In this document: positions 47,401 to 62,400 of the stretch, in pieces
Numbering within the stretch: the stretch's first letter is position 1
Layout of the letters: each line of letters opens with the position of its first letter
DNA from: Mytilus californianus
Taxonomy: Eukaryota
NCBI RefSeq assembly: GCF_021869535.1
Contig: NW_026262690.1
Coordinates: 73,656,001 to 73,720,000 of the forward strand
Reading direction: 5' to 3'
Length of the DNA stretch: 64,000 nucleotides
Position numbers and translations under genes: made by a program
Notes under the pieces: generated by a model
What the model was told of the DNA's origin: nothing
Seen by the model: the letters and a program-made list of their open reading frames with translations, nothing else
Database searches by the model: none

Positions 47401-50400
47401 AGTGAGGAAGTTTGGTGTTGCTGTCAAGTGAGGAAGTTTGGTGTTGCTGTCAAGTGAGGAAGTTTGGTGTTGCTGTCAATTGAGGAAGTTTGGTGTTGCT
47501 GTCAAGTGAGGAAGTTTGGTGTTGCTGTCAATTGAGGAAGTTTGGTGTTGCGGTCAATTGAGGAAGTTTGGTGTTGCTGTCAGTTGAGGAAGTTTGGTGT
47601 TTATGGCAGATCATTGATAGTCTTTGGTGAATTTCTTCAAACACATTTTTAGATCGGGGGCGGTTTAGAACTTAACATGATTTATAGACAACTGTCTATG
47701 TGTTTATTTTACTATGTTGATTTGCTGTATCATTAACGTATTCCCACTAAAACACCCTATTACCGCTAACATTTCGGCAGATGCAATCGGGACCAAGATC
47801 AAAAGAACGTTATTTTTTTCTTCAAAATGACATGAAGATAAATCTATTCGAATTCTCTTGTTTTTCTAGAAAACAAGAATGTGTCTATAGTACACGTATG
47901 CCCCACTCGCACTATCATTTTCTATGTTCCTTGGACGTGGATTTGGGGTCAAAACTCTAATTTGGCATTAAAATTAGAAAGATCATATCATAGGGAATAT
48001 GTGTACTAAGTTTCAAGTTGATTGGACAACAACTTTATCAAAAACTACCTTGACCAAAAACTTTAACCTGAAAAACTTTAACCTGAAGCGGCACAGACGG
48101 ACGGACGAACGGACGCACAGACCGACCCACATAATGCCCCTAGGTGCGGCTTAACTTGATTTATTGACTTTTGCTGATATGTGAACTCCTAACCTTATTT
48201 ATGAAAGAAAAAAAAAACAAAAACAAAAACAAAAGGGCCTATTGTATTTAAGGGACACGAGCCACAAGTACGATTTAGACATCAATTTAAACACATTTTG
48301 TTTGTCTATGGATCCGAACAATAACATTAAACGACTCACTTATCGGCTGCAATGATCCTGTCACCGTGGCTGTAACCGTTGTTCCATTACTTATAATCAA
48401 CATATAGTCTCCTTCATCATCACAAGTGGTGTTTAAAAAATCAATAGAAATAACAGAATTCGTAATAACATGTATTTTTATGTTTAAATAGTCTTGGAGG
48501 TATGCTATATTTCCGGTTTTACTAATCCTTGATATATTTATGTTGACACTATCTTTGATTTTGACAATCATTATCTCTTCATATTCTTTTGTTCTGTTTA
48601 AAGTGCATGTCATCGTTGCTTCGTGTTGTATATGGACAGAAACATCAGTACATTTGTCTTCTGAAATTACAATTTAAAATTACTTTCGTCAATGCAATCA
48701 ACACACTCATTATATGCTAACTTTTCAAAAAATAAGACCGATTCATTTTTTTCTCGGAAATAAAAGGCTACAATATCATTTAGTTTCGGATTAGTTTTTT
48801 TTAAATACCATAAACATAATAGACATACGTAATTCATACGATACAGTTACTAGCTTAAATAGTGTGAAATGATGAAGGCACCATTATCAGATTGATTTAA
48901 AATTACGAAAAAAATCAATAACATTCATACATTTTTTTGTGTTTGCTTTTTATTTTAAAAATTATTCGGTATTATTTGTAATAACTGTAAAGTTATTGAC
49001 TGAACAGTTTTTAATCATAGAACTGACACACAAAGACCGTTTTCAATAACATAAACGGTACCAATTTTTCTGCATCAGATGCGCATTTCGACAATCAATA
49101 TTTTTTCAGTGATGCTCGAAGCCAAAATATTTTAATATCCAAAGCTTATTAAAAAGATGAAGAGCTATAAATCAAAAAGGACAAAAAAGTATAGCCAAAG
49201 CCGGAAAAAGAATCGGAGCTTTTCAACATTTGCTCAGCCTTTTTTGAAAAGATGAAGTGTCCATACATAAAATGTACTTACTTGGGAAAGTTGATAAATC
49301 TACTTCCGAACCAATTATTTCCCCTCCAAGAATGAAGTCGTTTTGCACGCGACATCTCATAACTGCTTCATTCATATATGATGTAAAATTCATAGTAAAT
49401 CTCAACATCTGAAAATTACTGCATCCTTTTGTATAACGAGAATTCTGTACAACAACTAGATCCGTAGGTGGAACTCTTGAAAACTCCGAGTTATTCAGTT
49501 TCATTTCTATTGTTAGTTCTCCAGTTGGTTTCCCAATATTTCCGGAACATTGATGTTCAAAGTCAGATTGTCTATATGATAGTCTGGCAAACTGATTAGG
49601 ATTCACATAGAATACAGGAACGGTTGGTTTGTCTATGCAAAACAAAAACAAATCTTTTAATCGTACGATACACGGAACATGTATTTTTACTGAACTTTCT
49701 TGCTGTAAGTTTTTTACAGTCTTCAAATGGTAAAAATAATTACTATCAGAAACAGTATCCGTACGACTAAGAGCTTCTATTGCTTTGTGGGGCTTTAAAC
49801 ACCCCCACCTAACTGACATAAATTAAATGATATGGCAATTGTAATTCTAAACTATACTTTAATAGTATAAATTTTCAAAGAAATTAAAAAAATAATCAAA
49901 AAATTCAAATAAAAGTTGTCAATTTTACTTTATTAAAGGTTTTATTCTAAAGAAGTTGAGAAATGAATTTTTACAATTTATATAGTCTTATCGTTTTTTT
50001 GTGAAATTACATAAAACTATGTCCTTACCTATAATCAAAAGAGATCCAGTGATATTGACCCCATAAAAGGCTGTACTGTTTACATGCACTACATAAAAGC
50101 CATCGTCTTCACATGTGACATTTTCAAACAACAAGGATAAAGTTATATTTTCGGCCTGTTTAATAACTATACTAAAATCAGTTGATGATAGTAGATATTG
50201 GACTTCTCTGTTTTCGTTGATTCCTGCTATGTTTTGTCCGTTTCTCGTAATAATAATTGACATAGGATTCAACATTCCAGTGATGATACATGCTATACTA
50301 ATTGTATCGTCGTATAAATATGCTGTTGCGTCTGTACAACTGCCACCTGTAAAACATGTAAAATATTTGGTCAATGAGACAATCTCAGTCTTTTTTTTAA

Positions 50401-53400
50401 TTGAAAATGGCATTATAGTTATGTAGTTTTTATTACAAAGGATTAAAGAAATAACTGTGTAATCTATTACACTAAATGGGGTAACCAAAATTATGTTCTA
50501 TGCAGCATGACAACGGAGTATGCTATGACGTATGTCTTCTTGCATCTTTTGGGTAGATCTACTATTCAATGGACTACAAACGTATGATGGCTACCATGAT
50601 TTTGAGTCGCACATGTTCACTAGTCAAATGAATTTCGCAATAACGAGGTAATCTCAACTGATCATAGATCATTCTATTAAAATAAAATTAATTCAACATG
50701 TGAAAATGACTTTTAAGTATTATGTAATTTAGTAAATAGTGACGTTATATAAATGTTCAGTGGACGACAATGTGACATAGGAGGAAGTTATATGGGAGTA
50801 CGCATCATTTTTGGACGGTTATCACCGAAAGTGATCCATCAATTTTTTTTACCAAAATTTGTATATTTTGATGCAGGAATGCAATTTCGTTGTGGGACAT
50901 CATTCAAATTCGAAAATTTATTTGATTATGTCTTATGATGCATGTTGTACACTTTTATGACGAATAAAGATATTTGATTCCGAAATTTAAAACTTAATAG
51001 CTGTAAAAGAAGAGGTATCGCGGATGGCTTATTTTCATAAGAACGTCTGTAAAATTATTAATTTTGTTAGCAACAAGAAAACTAGTACGGGACCATATTT
51101 CTTTCAAAGCATTTATAAGGGTTATGAAATCATACTTTGTTTCAACATTCAATCGTTAGTTTTCTTTTTAAAAATAATAGAGTAATTTCCTGGTTTAATC
51201 TATAGAAATATCACATTGTTCACAAACTGCAGCTCGAAAACATGCTCGAGAACTTATACTTGTAATATTTCTGAAAATAACGAGATGGAGTCTATCAGAT
51301 ATTTTTATTACTATTCTCCTACAAAATAATGAATATGTCATTAAAGAGTCAAACTCATTTACCTGGACAGTTGTGGTTATTGCACTGCAGATGTTCATTT
51401 TCGTTACCGTCACAAAGCTCTCCCCCGTGCTGTGGGAGCGGATCATTACAACTACGATTTCTTGTTTGAATTCCTCCTCCGCAAGGTAGACTGCACTTAT
51501 CCCATTCATTCCAGTTTGACCAACCACCATCAACTAGAACAAAATGTGTGAACTTTACTTACCGATTTGTGCTTTACATTCTACCAACTATCTTGATGAT
51601 AATTTTGCTTTTATTAATCCAGACTTTTATATGGTATAACTTCAAATAAGTCGAAGACAAAGAACAAAAGTTATCCTTTTCTGTATTCAAATATTTTTGT
51701 TATCTATTTTGAAATTAAAGTTCTGAAAATGGTACTGACGTTTTGTCACATCTTGCAGTGATTCTATTTCTCAGTTCATATGTATATTCAACGCTGAGGT
51801 TTGTTTTAGAAATCAATGTTCGTATTGAAACAAATAATTGATAAATAATACACCAATCTCAAGGAAGTTTAACATGAACACATTTAGGTGCTTTATAGTA
51901 CAAACAAGAACTTGCAATTGATCACGTCAATAATCTCGTTATAACATTTTTTAAAACCCTTTTATCATGTTTATAGTCCTTCGCAAAAATCACGATAATT
52001 TTTGGAAGTTTGGCTATGGCGTAAATTTTTTCCTGTTCGAATGTGGTAGTTTCAAACACCCCCTAAATAAAAAAAGGGGGAGGGGAGAAGGAAGATACCA
52101 ATGAAACCATTTATAATCATAAGCAGAAGAAAAAACGACAAAACTATGGAAAAAGAGGATACACAAAAACCGAAATGACAGTCTACAAAGCACCATACAG
52201 AAAAGTAGACTGAACAATAAGAACCCTACGAAAAACTTGGCTGTTATACAGTAACGAATGCAGAACCTGCGTCAATAGTGGAATCCGTCGTGTTGGTCCA
52301 AGACAAATACAAATTCGGTTATAAGTCAAATTTTTCAGTAATCCATAAAATAAATTAGGAATATGGTCACTTCTTCTTCAGACAGACAGTAAAACCCTGC
52401 CAAAGTGGTGTTGAGGGGGGGACGTTTGGTTGTGCGAGATGTATAAATACGCAGCAAAGTCCGGTCAGAATGGGAACGTCAAATCATATGCCTCGTGTAG
52501 AGATAGTGGTACGTTTTCTGTACGTTAAGAACAATTACAAAAATACTGTTTGAGTGGTACCTATGTGGCATGTGGTTCATTCTGTTTGACCTCTATTACA
52601 GGACCGACCTATTGTATTTATTGTTATTTTGTTCTCGTCCTGAACATGTATAAAATATTTGCCACTGGACGTTTAGCAAACAACAATCAATAATCAATCA
52701 ATCAATCTAGAATATATTGTGGAAGATATTTAGTGTCTTCATTAGTGTCTTCATCAGGGAAAATATTTAGGAGACAAAGAACGTCATTTAAAGCGATATT
52801 CTTATGCTTTTGGTGTTTGTAGCGATTGATATCCCATGCAAACGTGATATATCTATCATTTAAACTGCGATCTTGATTAAGATTCCAGCACGCCTTGTCT
52901 CTTGTTATTTAACTAGTTTCAGCTTTTGACAGTTTCTTACTTTGCTTTGTTGATACTCCCATGATACAATTTTGTAGAGGGTTGAGTCTCTTAATATTTC
53001 AAAACTTACCATTTGTCTCATGAACCAGTTGTATACAGTCAAGAGACAAGTGTTGTCTTTATATATATATATATATATACTATTTGAGCTGTGTGTCTTT
53101 ACAAATAATCCAAGTTTATATGGGGAGATGTGGGTGTGTAGAAATTCACAGTTTATAGTTTTTTTGACAGTTGTCTCATTTTCATTAATACAACATCTAC
53201 GTATTTTTTTTTATATCATTGCGAAGTATGAAACTGAGAATATATCTTTATTCATGCTGCACTAATTGACCCGCACTTGTTTGTGAAAGATGGTTAATAT
53301 ACCTGGGCAAGGATCTTCCTGGCAAGTTTTATTTTCGCTTTCATCTCCTATACATATAACCTGTTCATCATCATTAACACTTTGGCCAAAGCAGATTCTC

Positions 53401-56400
53401 CGTTTAAAACTGACTCCTTCACCACACGTCACGCTACAAACGTCCCAAGTACCCCATGGAGACCAATATCCTAAAACTAGATTTAAACACAAAAGTAGCT
53501 AGATGTTTTTATTAACTGATGTACAAAAGTAATTTTCATTTGTGAAAAATGTGAATACATGATGTGAATTGTTAATTTGCCCATATAATGTCCCATGATT
53601 TCTATGAATAAATTGTTAATAAAAGAGCTTGAAACAAAAAAAAAACATATATTGCAAGACCAAATTCTAAATCTTACCGTCTGGTATTCATATACTAGAG
53701 TATATATATATATATATATATATATAGCGATGACGAAAAGAAATAATGTAACAGACATGATAAAATTTTAATCTTTCTGAGGAAACAAACATCTGTAGGT
53801 TCATAATAATAATTTTTGTTCTCATTGCACTTTATAATAAGAAGTTTTCAAACACACTCTTGTTTCCAAAATGTACTGTTAACCAAATTACACTTTTCAT
53901 TAACCGTTTGTAGTATACATTGGAAGTACCTTTACATTTCTCCTCTTCACATCCTGTATACTCCTTTGGAAATCCGTCGCAGAAGTTGCCTCCGTGTTGA
54001 GGAAGAGGATCGCTACAGTCTCGTGATCTGCTTTTTGTTCCACTTCCACATGTCTTACTACATTTCTCCCATGGAGTCCAATCGCCCCAGCCTCCCTGTA
54101 CTAGAAATAATATACATCAAATGTTACTATAACCAGTGAATCAAACAGAAATGTTTTGCTTTCAAATTTGTAAGAACAGAAGATCCAACATCAACAAAAC
54201 ATACTTGATTTAATTCAAAAAAGAACATTTTAAGCGTTTAAACGATTGGTGTTCAATAATAATTTGACTGTTATAGTTTGGTTTCTTTTCATCTACCTAT
54301 ACGGTGTATAGCCAGCGTGAGAACTATATATAAATTGATTCAGGTAAATTGAAAAAGTAAAAAAAAAAATAAAATGATAAAAAAGTGATCTATAAATATA
54401 TTTACTAGGGCATGGATTGTCTTGACATGGACCAATAGTTGTACCGTCCCCGTCGCATTCATTACCACCAAACAGAGGAACTGGATCACTACACGTTCTA
54501 TTTCGTTGTCGAATACCACCATCTCCACAAGTTAAACTGCATTCTCCCCATGTCAACCAAGTAGACCAATTACCATTGACTGTTAATAGATTTTTAAATA
54601 AAAGGCATAAAACACAAAAAAAAGCTCATATAAACTTTGTTCATAATTTTTAAAACATATATTTATTAACATCAATAATCAAGACACCTTCGACATATTA
54701 AGTTTACCGTAGAATAAGTACATGTGTAGTAGCATGTTTAAAATTAAGCAGAGATACAAATACGCATATTTAAAAAAAGAAAAGAACCCCCTCCCCTCAA
54801 GAACTCTAAACGGAAAGTAAGGATTAGTATTCAACTATACAACTCTCCTCGTCAACTTTATACGTATGAGGGAGACTTTATACAGTTGATTCCCTAAGAG
54901 AAAAAAGAGGCTTGAAGTGTCCAATATATATATTGCTCTCACTGAATAACTCCAAATTCGTTAAACGCATATATAAAAATATAAAAAAAGATTCTTATTG
55001 TTCTTTTCTACCAATGTTTTTTGAAAACAAAATTATAAGTCAAATTTGATACTTACTAGGACATGGTGGGTTTTCACACAATCCAATATCAGTTGTATTT
55101 CCTTCACAGTCTTTTCCTTCAAATTGAAGAGGTGAACAACTTCTTGATCGAAGCATACTTCCATTACCACAAGTGACATCACATGAGGACCACAAACTCC
55201 ATTGTGACCACATTCCATCGACTTGAAAAATATGTTTTCATTTTGATAACTTATTTATTTGCTTTTATTTGAAAAAAATAATGAAAGTTATATAACTCAG
55301 TGTTAGTGCATCATACATTTCAAAAAAATGTAACCATGCAAATATATGTGTCTTCGAAAAGCATTTTATTTCAAATGCAAATAATTAAACAATTAATCCA
55401 TTTTTGCACAGTTAACGATGAAATTATTACTATTTGAAGTTCAAAAATTATGCAAGTAACTGTAAAGTTGTTTGTCTTCTCCTTAAATTTCATAAACAGA
55501 TTTGGTTAAATTATTGGATTGTTGATTTTTTATATAGAATATGAGTTTGCTTAATATGTGTAAGTTGAAATATTTAATCTTTCTGAGCTAATTTAAACAT
55601 AACAATAAACGGGCAAATCATGATCATCAGGAAATCTTTTGTATCGGTTCGAAAATTGCCTAAATTTGACGTGCCTTTACAATTGTTACTCTTTTCATAA
55701 GTATCAAATAAATATTATAATGATTCCATGGTCAACCGTAAAAACTATTAACATGATTAAACCTAACTAAATCGTACATTAAACACACTCGAATAGATAA
55801 GTCGTATTGCAATTGCAGTCTTCTAATGAAGTCTTACTTGGACATGACATTTCACTGCATGAATCAAACATAGTTTCTTCCCCAGCACATTTCTCTCCTC
55901 CAAATTTTGGTGCTGGATTTGTACATGTTCTTTGTTTATATTTTAGTCCTCCGCCACATGTAACATTGCATGCACTCCATGGAGACCATTGTGTCCACAT
56001 ACCATCAACTTTAAAGTAAAATGTGATCGAAGTAGGAAATTGAAACGAGAATGGAGAATATTATCTAGCAAATTATAATTATGCTTAAATCACACAATCT
56101 TTAATTGATAAAATATTCGAGAAGCCTTTCCTGAATAGTAACAGAAGGAAAAACAATCTAGACTTTTTTAAGGATAATACGTACTTGTTACTTTAGACTA
56201 GCTATAACAACAAAGATAAGAAAAATATTTTAAAATTATTTGTCGATTTACTATTTTATTAATCAAGTGCAATAACTCTTTAACATAAATAATAGCTATA
56301 AAGTAGTAGAAATGACCAAGCTAAAAGTTGAATTATACTTCATCAACTTTTGACAAATCATAATGTACTAGGAATCTGATGTTCAGTAGTTGTCGTTTGT

Positions 56401-59400
56401 TAATGTGGTTCATAAGTGTTTCTCGTTTCTCGTTATATTAGACCGTTGGTTTTCCCGTTTGAATGGTTTTACACTAGTCATTTTTGGGGTCCTTTATAAT
56501 GTTTATAGCTTGCTGTTCGGTGTGAGCCAAGGCTCCGTATTGAAGGCCGTACTTTGACCTATAATGGTTTACTTTTACAAATTGTAATTTGGATGGAGAG
56601 TTGTCTCATTGGCACTCATACCAAATCTTCTTATATCTATATGAAGTTTGTGTGAGAATTCTGTCTGAATTCAATCTCTTCAAATGCGCTCAATTGTGAG
56701 TGAGAAAAAAGTTTAAACATAAAGTACCTGGACAGTTTTCAAGAACGCATGATTTATATTCAGTACTATTTCCTTGGCATGGTTTTCCACCATTTATTGG
56801 GTTTGGATCATTACACAGTCTAGTTCTCTGTCGAAGAGATGCACCACATGTTTCTGCACACCCAGCCCAGAAAGACCAGCTTCCCCAGTTACCGTTTACT
56901 AAATCAATCAAATGAAAATATTTAAATTAAGGTTACATTGTAAGTTTTGATAAGGTTAAAATACTTTAAATTTTAAGTACCATGATAAAAGATCATGGAA
57001 CAAGAAAGCATGCTCTCCTTTATTGAAACAATATTACAGTTGATATCTTCAACAGTAAAAATACTGTGGCTTCATCTAAAATCTTATTCGGTCACAATTA
57101 AGGGGGGAATTTAGATGTAATGATTGTTTATAAACTTGAATAAGTCCTTGAGTAAGCTAGATACATTCACCAATCTTCTATTGTATGATTGGTGATCACT
57201 TGAAAGGACCAATGTACATATTTAACAGGAGCAGCACGCCGACTGTCGCTAGTGGAGCAGACACGAGCATTCATCTCCGGTTTTTAGTTCGTTTTGCACC
57301 CCGTAAGCTGAACGATTATAGTAAAATTCCTATTGAAAAAAAAAAGTTTTATAAAATTATTTGCAAGCACATGCTTACAATGCTACACTGGTTCTACGCT
57401 AATGCTAGTAGTTACTGCTTCACTACTGACATGGTTTTAACAAATATTTCTTAAATTTATAAATTATTAGGAAACTTAGGTTGCTTATCCTTCAACTTAA
57501 TAGACCTAAGTTTGTTTTAACTATCCTTTTTGGGTCAGATGTGGCCATACAGCTACTAAAATATTTATAAATCCCTGGCCTTCAAATGTGGCTTTAAGTG
57601 TAAATACATAACGTTAAGATGTAAGGATTTAATTCTAATAGAAATACCTTGTAAGGATGGTTCTGTTGTTTGAGCCGGAATTGTGCCATCTGATGTAACA
57701 TTTGAAACACCTGCTTGTGTTGTTATTTCCTCCGCTGTGGTCATATCTTTTTCAGGTGCTGTTGTATCGTTAGAAACAACATTTGCACCTACTGTCGTAG
57801 ATGTTATACTGGAAACCGTTGGTTGGACGTTTTCTGACGATTCATTAGGCGTCGAACTTGACCGGACACTGGTTGATTGTGCTGGCGTCACAAAACTTTC
57901 AATAGTTGTTGTCATTGTTCTATTTGTTTCCTCAGTGGGATATGTAATTTTAGAAGTAATGGAAGACATTTGGGATGATGTGTCATTTGATGGGGTTGTG
58001 ACAGCAAGTGATGTGGTACTTATATCTGGTAAAGAGCTTATGTTTACGTTTTGCGATGTTACAAGCTTTGACGTAAAGGTAGACAATTTATCAGCTGTTG
58101 TGTGGGCTGTTGTTGTAACCTTTGAGTTGGTAGTTGATGTAAATAGTTTCTGAAGTTCTGGTGGTTCTTGTAAATGTATAGTTGACACTTGAACGATTTC
58201 AAAACTGCCCAATAAAATCTGAAATCCCCCTAGCATTTGATTCCCACTTCTAAGTATATCATCCTTGATATATTTTACAGATTGATTTAACATGTATGAC
58301 TCTGGTATGTCTACACAATACACAGTACATGATACTTTGATACTTCCTGGACTGTAATAAACAAAATCGTATTGAAAATAAACAATTTTAGGGACGACAT
58401 CAAAAGTTCAATGTAGGATAAAAAACTTAATTCACATAGTTTTTTCACTGACCCCACCCCCCCTCTTAACTTAATTTGGGAAAAATTGATTGACCAATAT
58501 GGATATATGTAAAATCGATTTTGGATAAACAAAACTTGAAGCAATTTTAACCCCCCACCCCCAAACTATTTGATTTAAGTTTTTTATCCTACATTGATCT
58601 TTTGATGTCGTCCCTTATTCAGATAAGTCGATCAATTTACTTATATTTTAAGATAATTTTATTGTAATATGTAGTGCAATTTTTGATTAGCAGTATCTTT
58701 TTTCAAAATTGCTCTTTTTCACTTCTTACCAAAGTCTATGATAACTTTAAGTTTGAAAGGAAATGCTCGGGTAGCTTGTCAATGTACGATTTGAAGGACA
58801 ACGAAGGGACAAACTTTAAAAATTCCGTTGTCCTGTTATGTCACATCTAAATCTAAAAAAAGAAGATATTTCTCTAAACTAAAGCAATAGCAAATGTATT
58901 ACCTCATACTAAATTTATCAGATATTAAAAAAAAAAGAATAATATAAACTGTTGTCTGCTCTATGGTCGGGTTGTTGTCTTTTTGACACATTCCCATTTC
59001 CATTCTCAATTTTATGATACTTACTTTAGAGCTAGTACGATGCAACCAATATAATCATCACCAAAGCCACCAGTATTATTATTTAGCACTCTATCAATCT
59101 GAAAGTACATCTTCTGCATTTGACCATCTTTGGTACAATCTTTCTCTTATTTTGTGAAAACATAGATAATTCTATTTCAAAAACTCTTTGCAATCGCGAA
59201 TTGGTAATGGAAATATTAGCACAAGTATACTACACGTTACTATGCGTATATAGTAGTTGACCCGTCTTTCCGTCAGTCGCTTTGGTTTTCGGATGCTCAA
59301 TCAGACATTTTGTATTATTCTTTTAGGTCATTACGTCTAGGATCAAGGTTTTAGTAACTAAAATAGACCGCAACTTTGCACAGAAAAGCAGTTCTCGCTT

Positions 59401-62400
59401 GCTAAATCAAATAATATATTTGGGATTGCAACCTAACTTGGATATATAGTCACATATATAATGAGATGAAGAACCCTGTTTGCAGTCACTACGTCATAGG
59501 TCAAGGTCGAGGTTACTTAAAATAGATCGACATTTGTGCAGGAAAATCGTTTCCGGATACTAAATCAGAACAACTTTACTTGGATATATGGTCGCATATG
59601 ATGAGAGAAAGATCTCTGTTTGTTTTGAGGTCTCTTCGTGTAAGAGAGAGGCGAAAGATGCCAAAGGGACATTCAAACTCATAAGTCGAAAACAAACTGA
59701 CAACGCCATGGCTAAGAAAGAAAAAGACAAACAGTACAAACATAACATAGAAAAATAACGACTGAGCATCACGAACCCCGGCCACCAAACACTGGGACCG
59801 ATCTTATGTGCTCTGGAAGGGCACGTACATCCTGCTCTACTTGTGGCAACCGTCGTGTTGTTCATGGGAGTACAACCCCGATGATAAGTCTAATTCGGTA
59901 GGTCACATTCGGGGAAAAGAGGAAGGTCAAGGTCAAAGTCATAGCTACTAAAATAGATTATTTTTGTTTGACAATATTACTGAAAAGAATCAAAACTGAA
60001 GGTTAATAAGAAAAAGCATATTATTATGCCAGCAGGTTATTACATAAGTTTTCCCCTTTATATGAGTTTGTTGGCTAAAGGTTCTTGAACTTTGCAAAGC
60101 ATCACAAATGTTTTTGAACAGCTCATGTAAAAGTAGTATTCATAAAATTGTATTAATATGTAATGAACAATTCAGGAATCAATATCATACACTCCCAAAT
60201 TATATGTACGAATATCCTATTATTTTGTTAACTTTTGTTTGTTCATGTTATATATGTACTTTCTTGAATGTTTGTTTTATAACTAGAATGAACGAATCGA
60301 TAACGCAGTTGATAATAATAAAGATTTAAATCTGTAAAATTGAATAAACTTGCCTCTTTGAAACGCTTTAAAGTTACTGTTGATTTCCGCCAATTTGAAA
60401 TAAACAAATTTTCCATGGACTTTGGTAAATTGTTTTTTTGAACACAGTTTTGTCGTTTATGTGTGATTTATAATGTAATAGCGGATGGACCGATGAAATA
60501 TTGATTTACAATGCAATTTGGATAAATAATAATATTTCGTATTAAGAATTTTCAAGTATTATACCTTATTTAATATAATACATACCTCAGCACAAAAGTC
60601 AGAGGCAAAACGTTTATATCTGTATGACATACTGTTACTCAAATCTGGTATATAGCTAGCGTTTACTGTCAGGTCAATCAAAGCATGAACTGTAGAACAT
60701 ACATAAAGTAAGTATATGTAGCGTATTAACAAATATGTATACTATATGTATTATGCCAAAAGTAAAATTATTGTAAAAAAATGAAAATTATTGTATATTG
60801 TAACTATTCTAATTTCAACTTTGTTTCATACTTTCTTTTCAAAGTCCTATCTATTTTCTTTTCTTTTTAGTTATTACCAATGAAAAGTATTTGAAAATAC
60901 TCAACAATTCCAACCCTCCGTCAGTAAACCTTTGTAGATAGCAGGTTCTACTAGAATTTAATATCATAAGACGAAAAGGCTATTATCATCAATATATATA
61001 TTAGCTAAATGAACTAACCGTATGCAGTCGTTTGTGTTTTCGATTCTGAAATAAAAAAATATGATATTGTCATATTTGGAGTCTATTCTTTCTATTATCT
61101 AATTTGCTTTCATAAATTGGCGAAAAACAATAGTAAGCGAAAAAAACTGTAGAGATATTATCCGGAATGAGTGACGATTCCTCCGAGAGTTCCCCGGGAT
61201 ACATTTTGTTCTAGTTTCTCCCTCCGAGGGATACAACGCTCCCGGAAACGTTTTCCGTTATTCTGTGCGAGAGGTACAAATTGTAAAAATAAAACATATC
61301 CGGCGTTTTGCATATGCGCCAATATGCACTTCATTTGCGCCAATTTTTTTTTATTTCCGCCATTTTTTTTTTATTTATCTGCGCCACTATTTTTTTCATT
61401 TCCACCAATTTACGGGTAAACACAAATCATGAGACAATAAGTTGGACAAAACATAACGCGAAACAGAAGACACGTACGTATTTAGAACCTCATCTGCAAA
61501 CTCAACACACTTTTCATCAGTTTGTGCCTAAGACTTTATGCAAAGTAATTACCTACTTCATCTGCGGAAAGAAATTGCAGGATACAAAATTGAGATCTCC
61601 TTCTCCCAGTTTTACTTGACTTCTCCTCGAAATCGACGAAGGGAAACATTCACTAAAACGTTGTGCATTGCTTGTTTAAATGAAATTGGCGCAAATGAAA
61701 ATGAAAAATTGACGCAAATAAAACTTTGTTTTGGCGCAAATGAAAAAAGTGGTATTTTCAAATTTGGCGCAAATTTCATACGCCCAATATGTCAATGAGG
61801 ACCTCAATGAGTAGTTTATGGTTTCAATCTATGATATGGGATGAAAATGTCAAAGGTTTAATGACAAAGCTGAAAAACCCTAAATTTATGTATTTCTTTT
61901 AAAATAATAGATGGTATGCATTCTCAACGATAAAAACATTATCCAAATTGAAAGTTTTTTAGGGACCCATGCAAATAATGTTTTGAGAAAAAAAAAACTA
62001 AAAAGAAAAATATGCTCTAATATTTGGTAAGCTTACGGACAGATATAGGATCCTGATTTTTACTGGACTACTTTGTCTCTATTTTAAAAACACATTCATT
62101 TGTCAAACAAAGCCATAAAACTAAATTCAATTTTCAAACTCTATAATTACGTTTATTGCAATAATATACCAACCTGATTCAGTATTATCATTTTTACTGG
62201 AAGTTGACACAGCAATGACGATCAGAATGACTGTCAACATGGCAACACCAACAAACAACAATGTATATACTACTTTCTTCTTCCATGTGATAGGTGATTT
62301 TGTTTCGTCAGGTGTCGATGGAACATTCTCATCTACCTTATATTTTGATTCTTGGCCGACAGACTTGAACTGTAGCAAAACAGAAAAAAAATCAAATGGA

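Noticed and set aside
47337-47600. CRISPR-like array
   Set aside because: Units are contiguous with no unique spacers, there are no cas genes, and the locus is a eukaryotic intron
53678-53694. 17-nt micro-exon with AG and gtaaga sites
   Set aside because: It would shift the frame between two phase-1 TSP1 exons
57683-58153. 156-aa plus-strand ORF, and similar ORFs at 2944, 28914, 35910, 50115, 53290, 55807, 56700 and 63141
   Set aside because: Antisense shadows of real minus-strand exons
58730-58774. Candidate exon TRAFPFKLKVIIDF with a gtaaga donor
   Set aside because: It is phase 1-1 and incompatible with the phase-2 upstream exon; the acceptor at 58352 completes SEA directly
61158-61798. 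Several short ORFs as a transposase
   Set aside because: No DDE or DNA-binding motifs; explained by the foldback repeat
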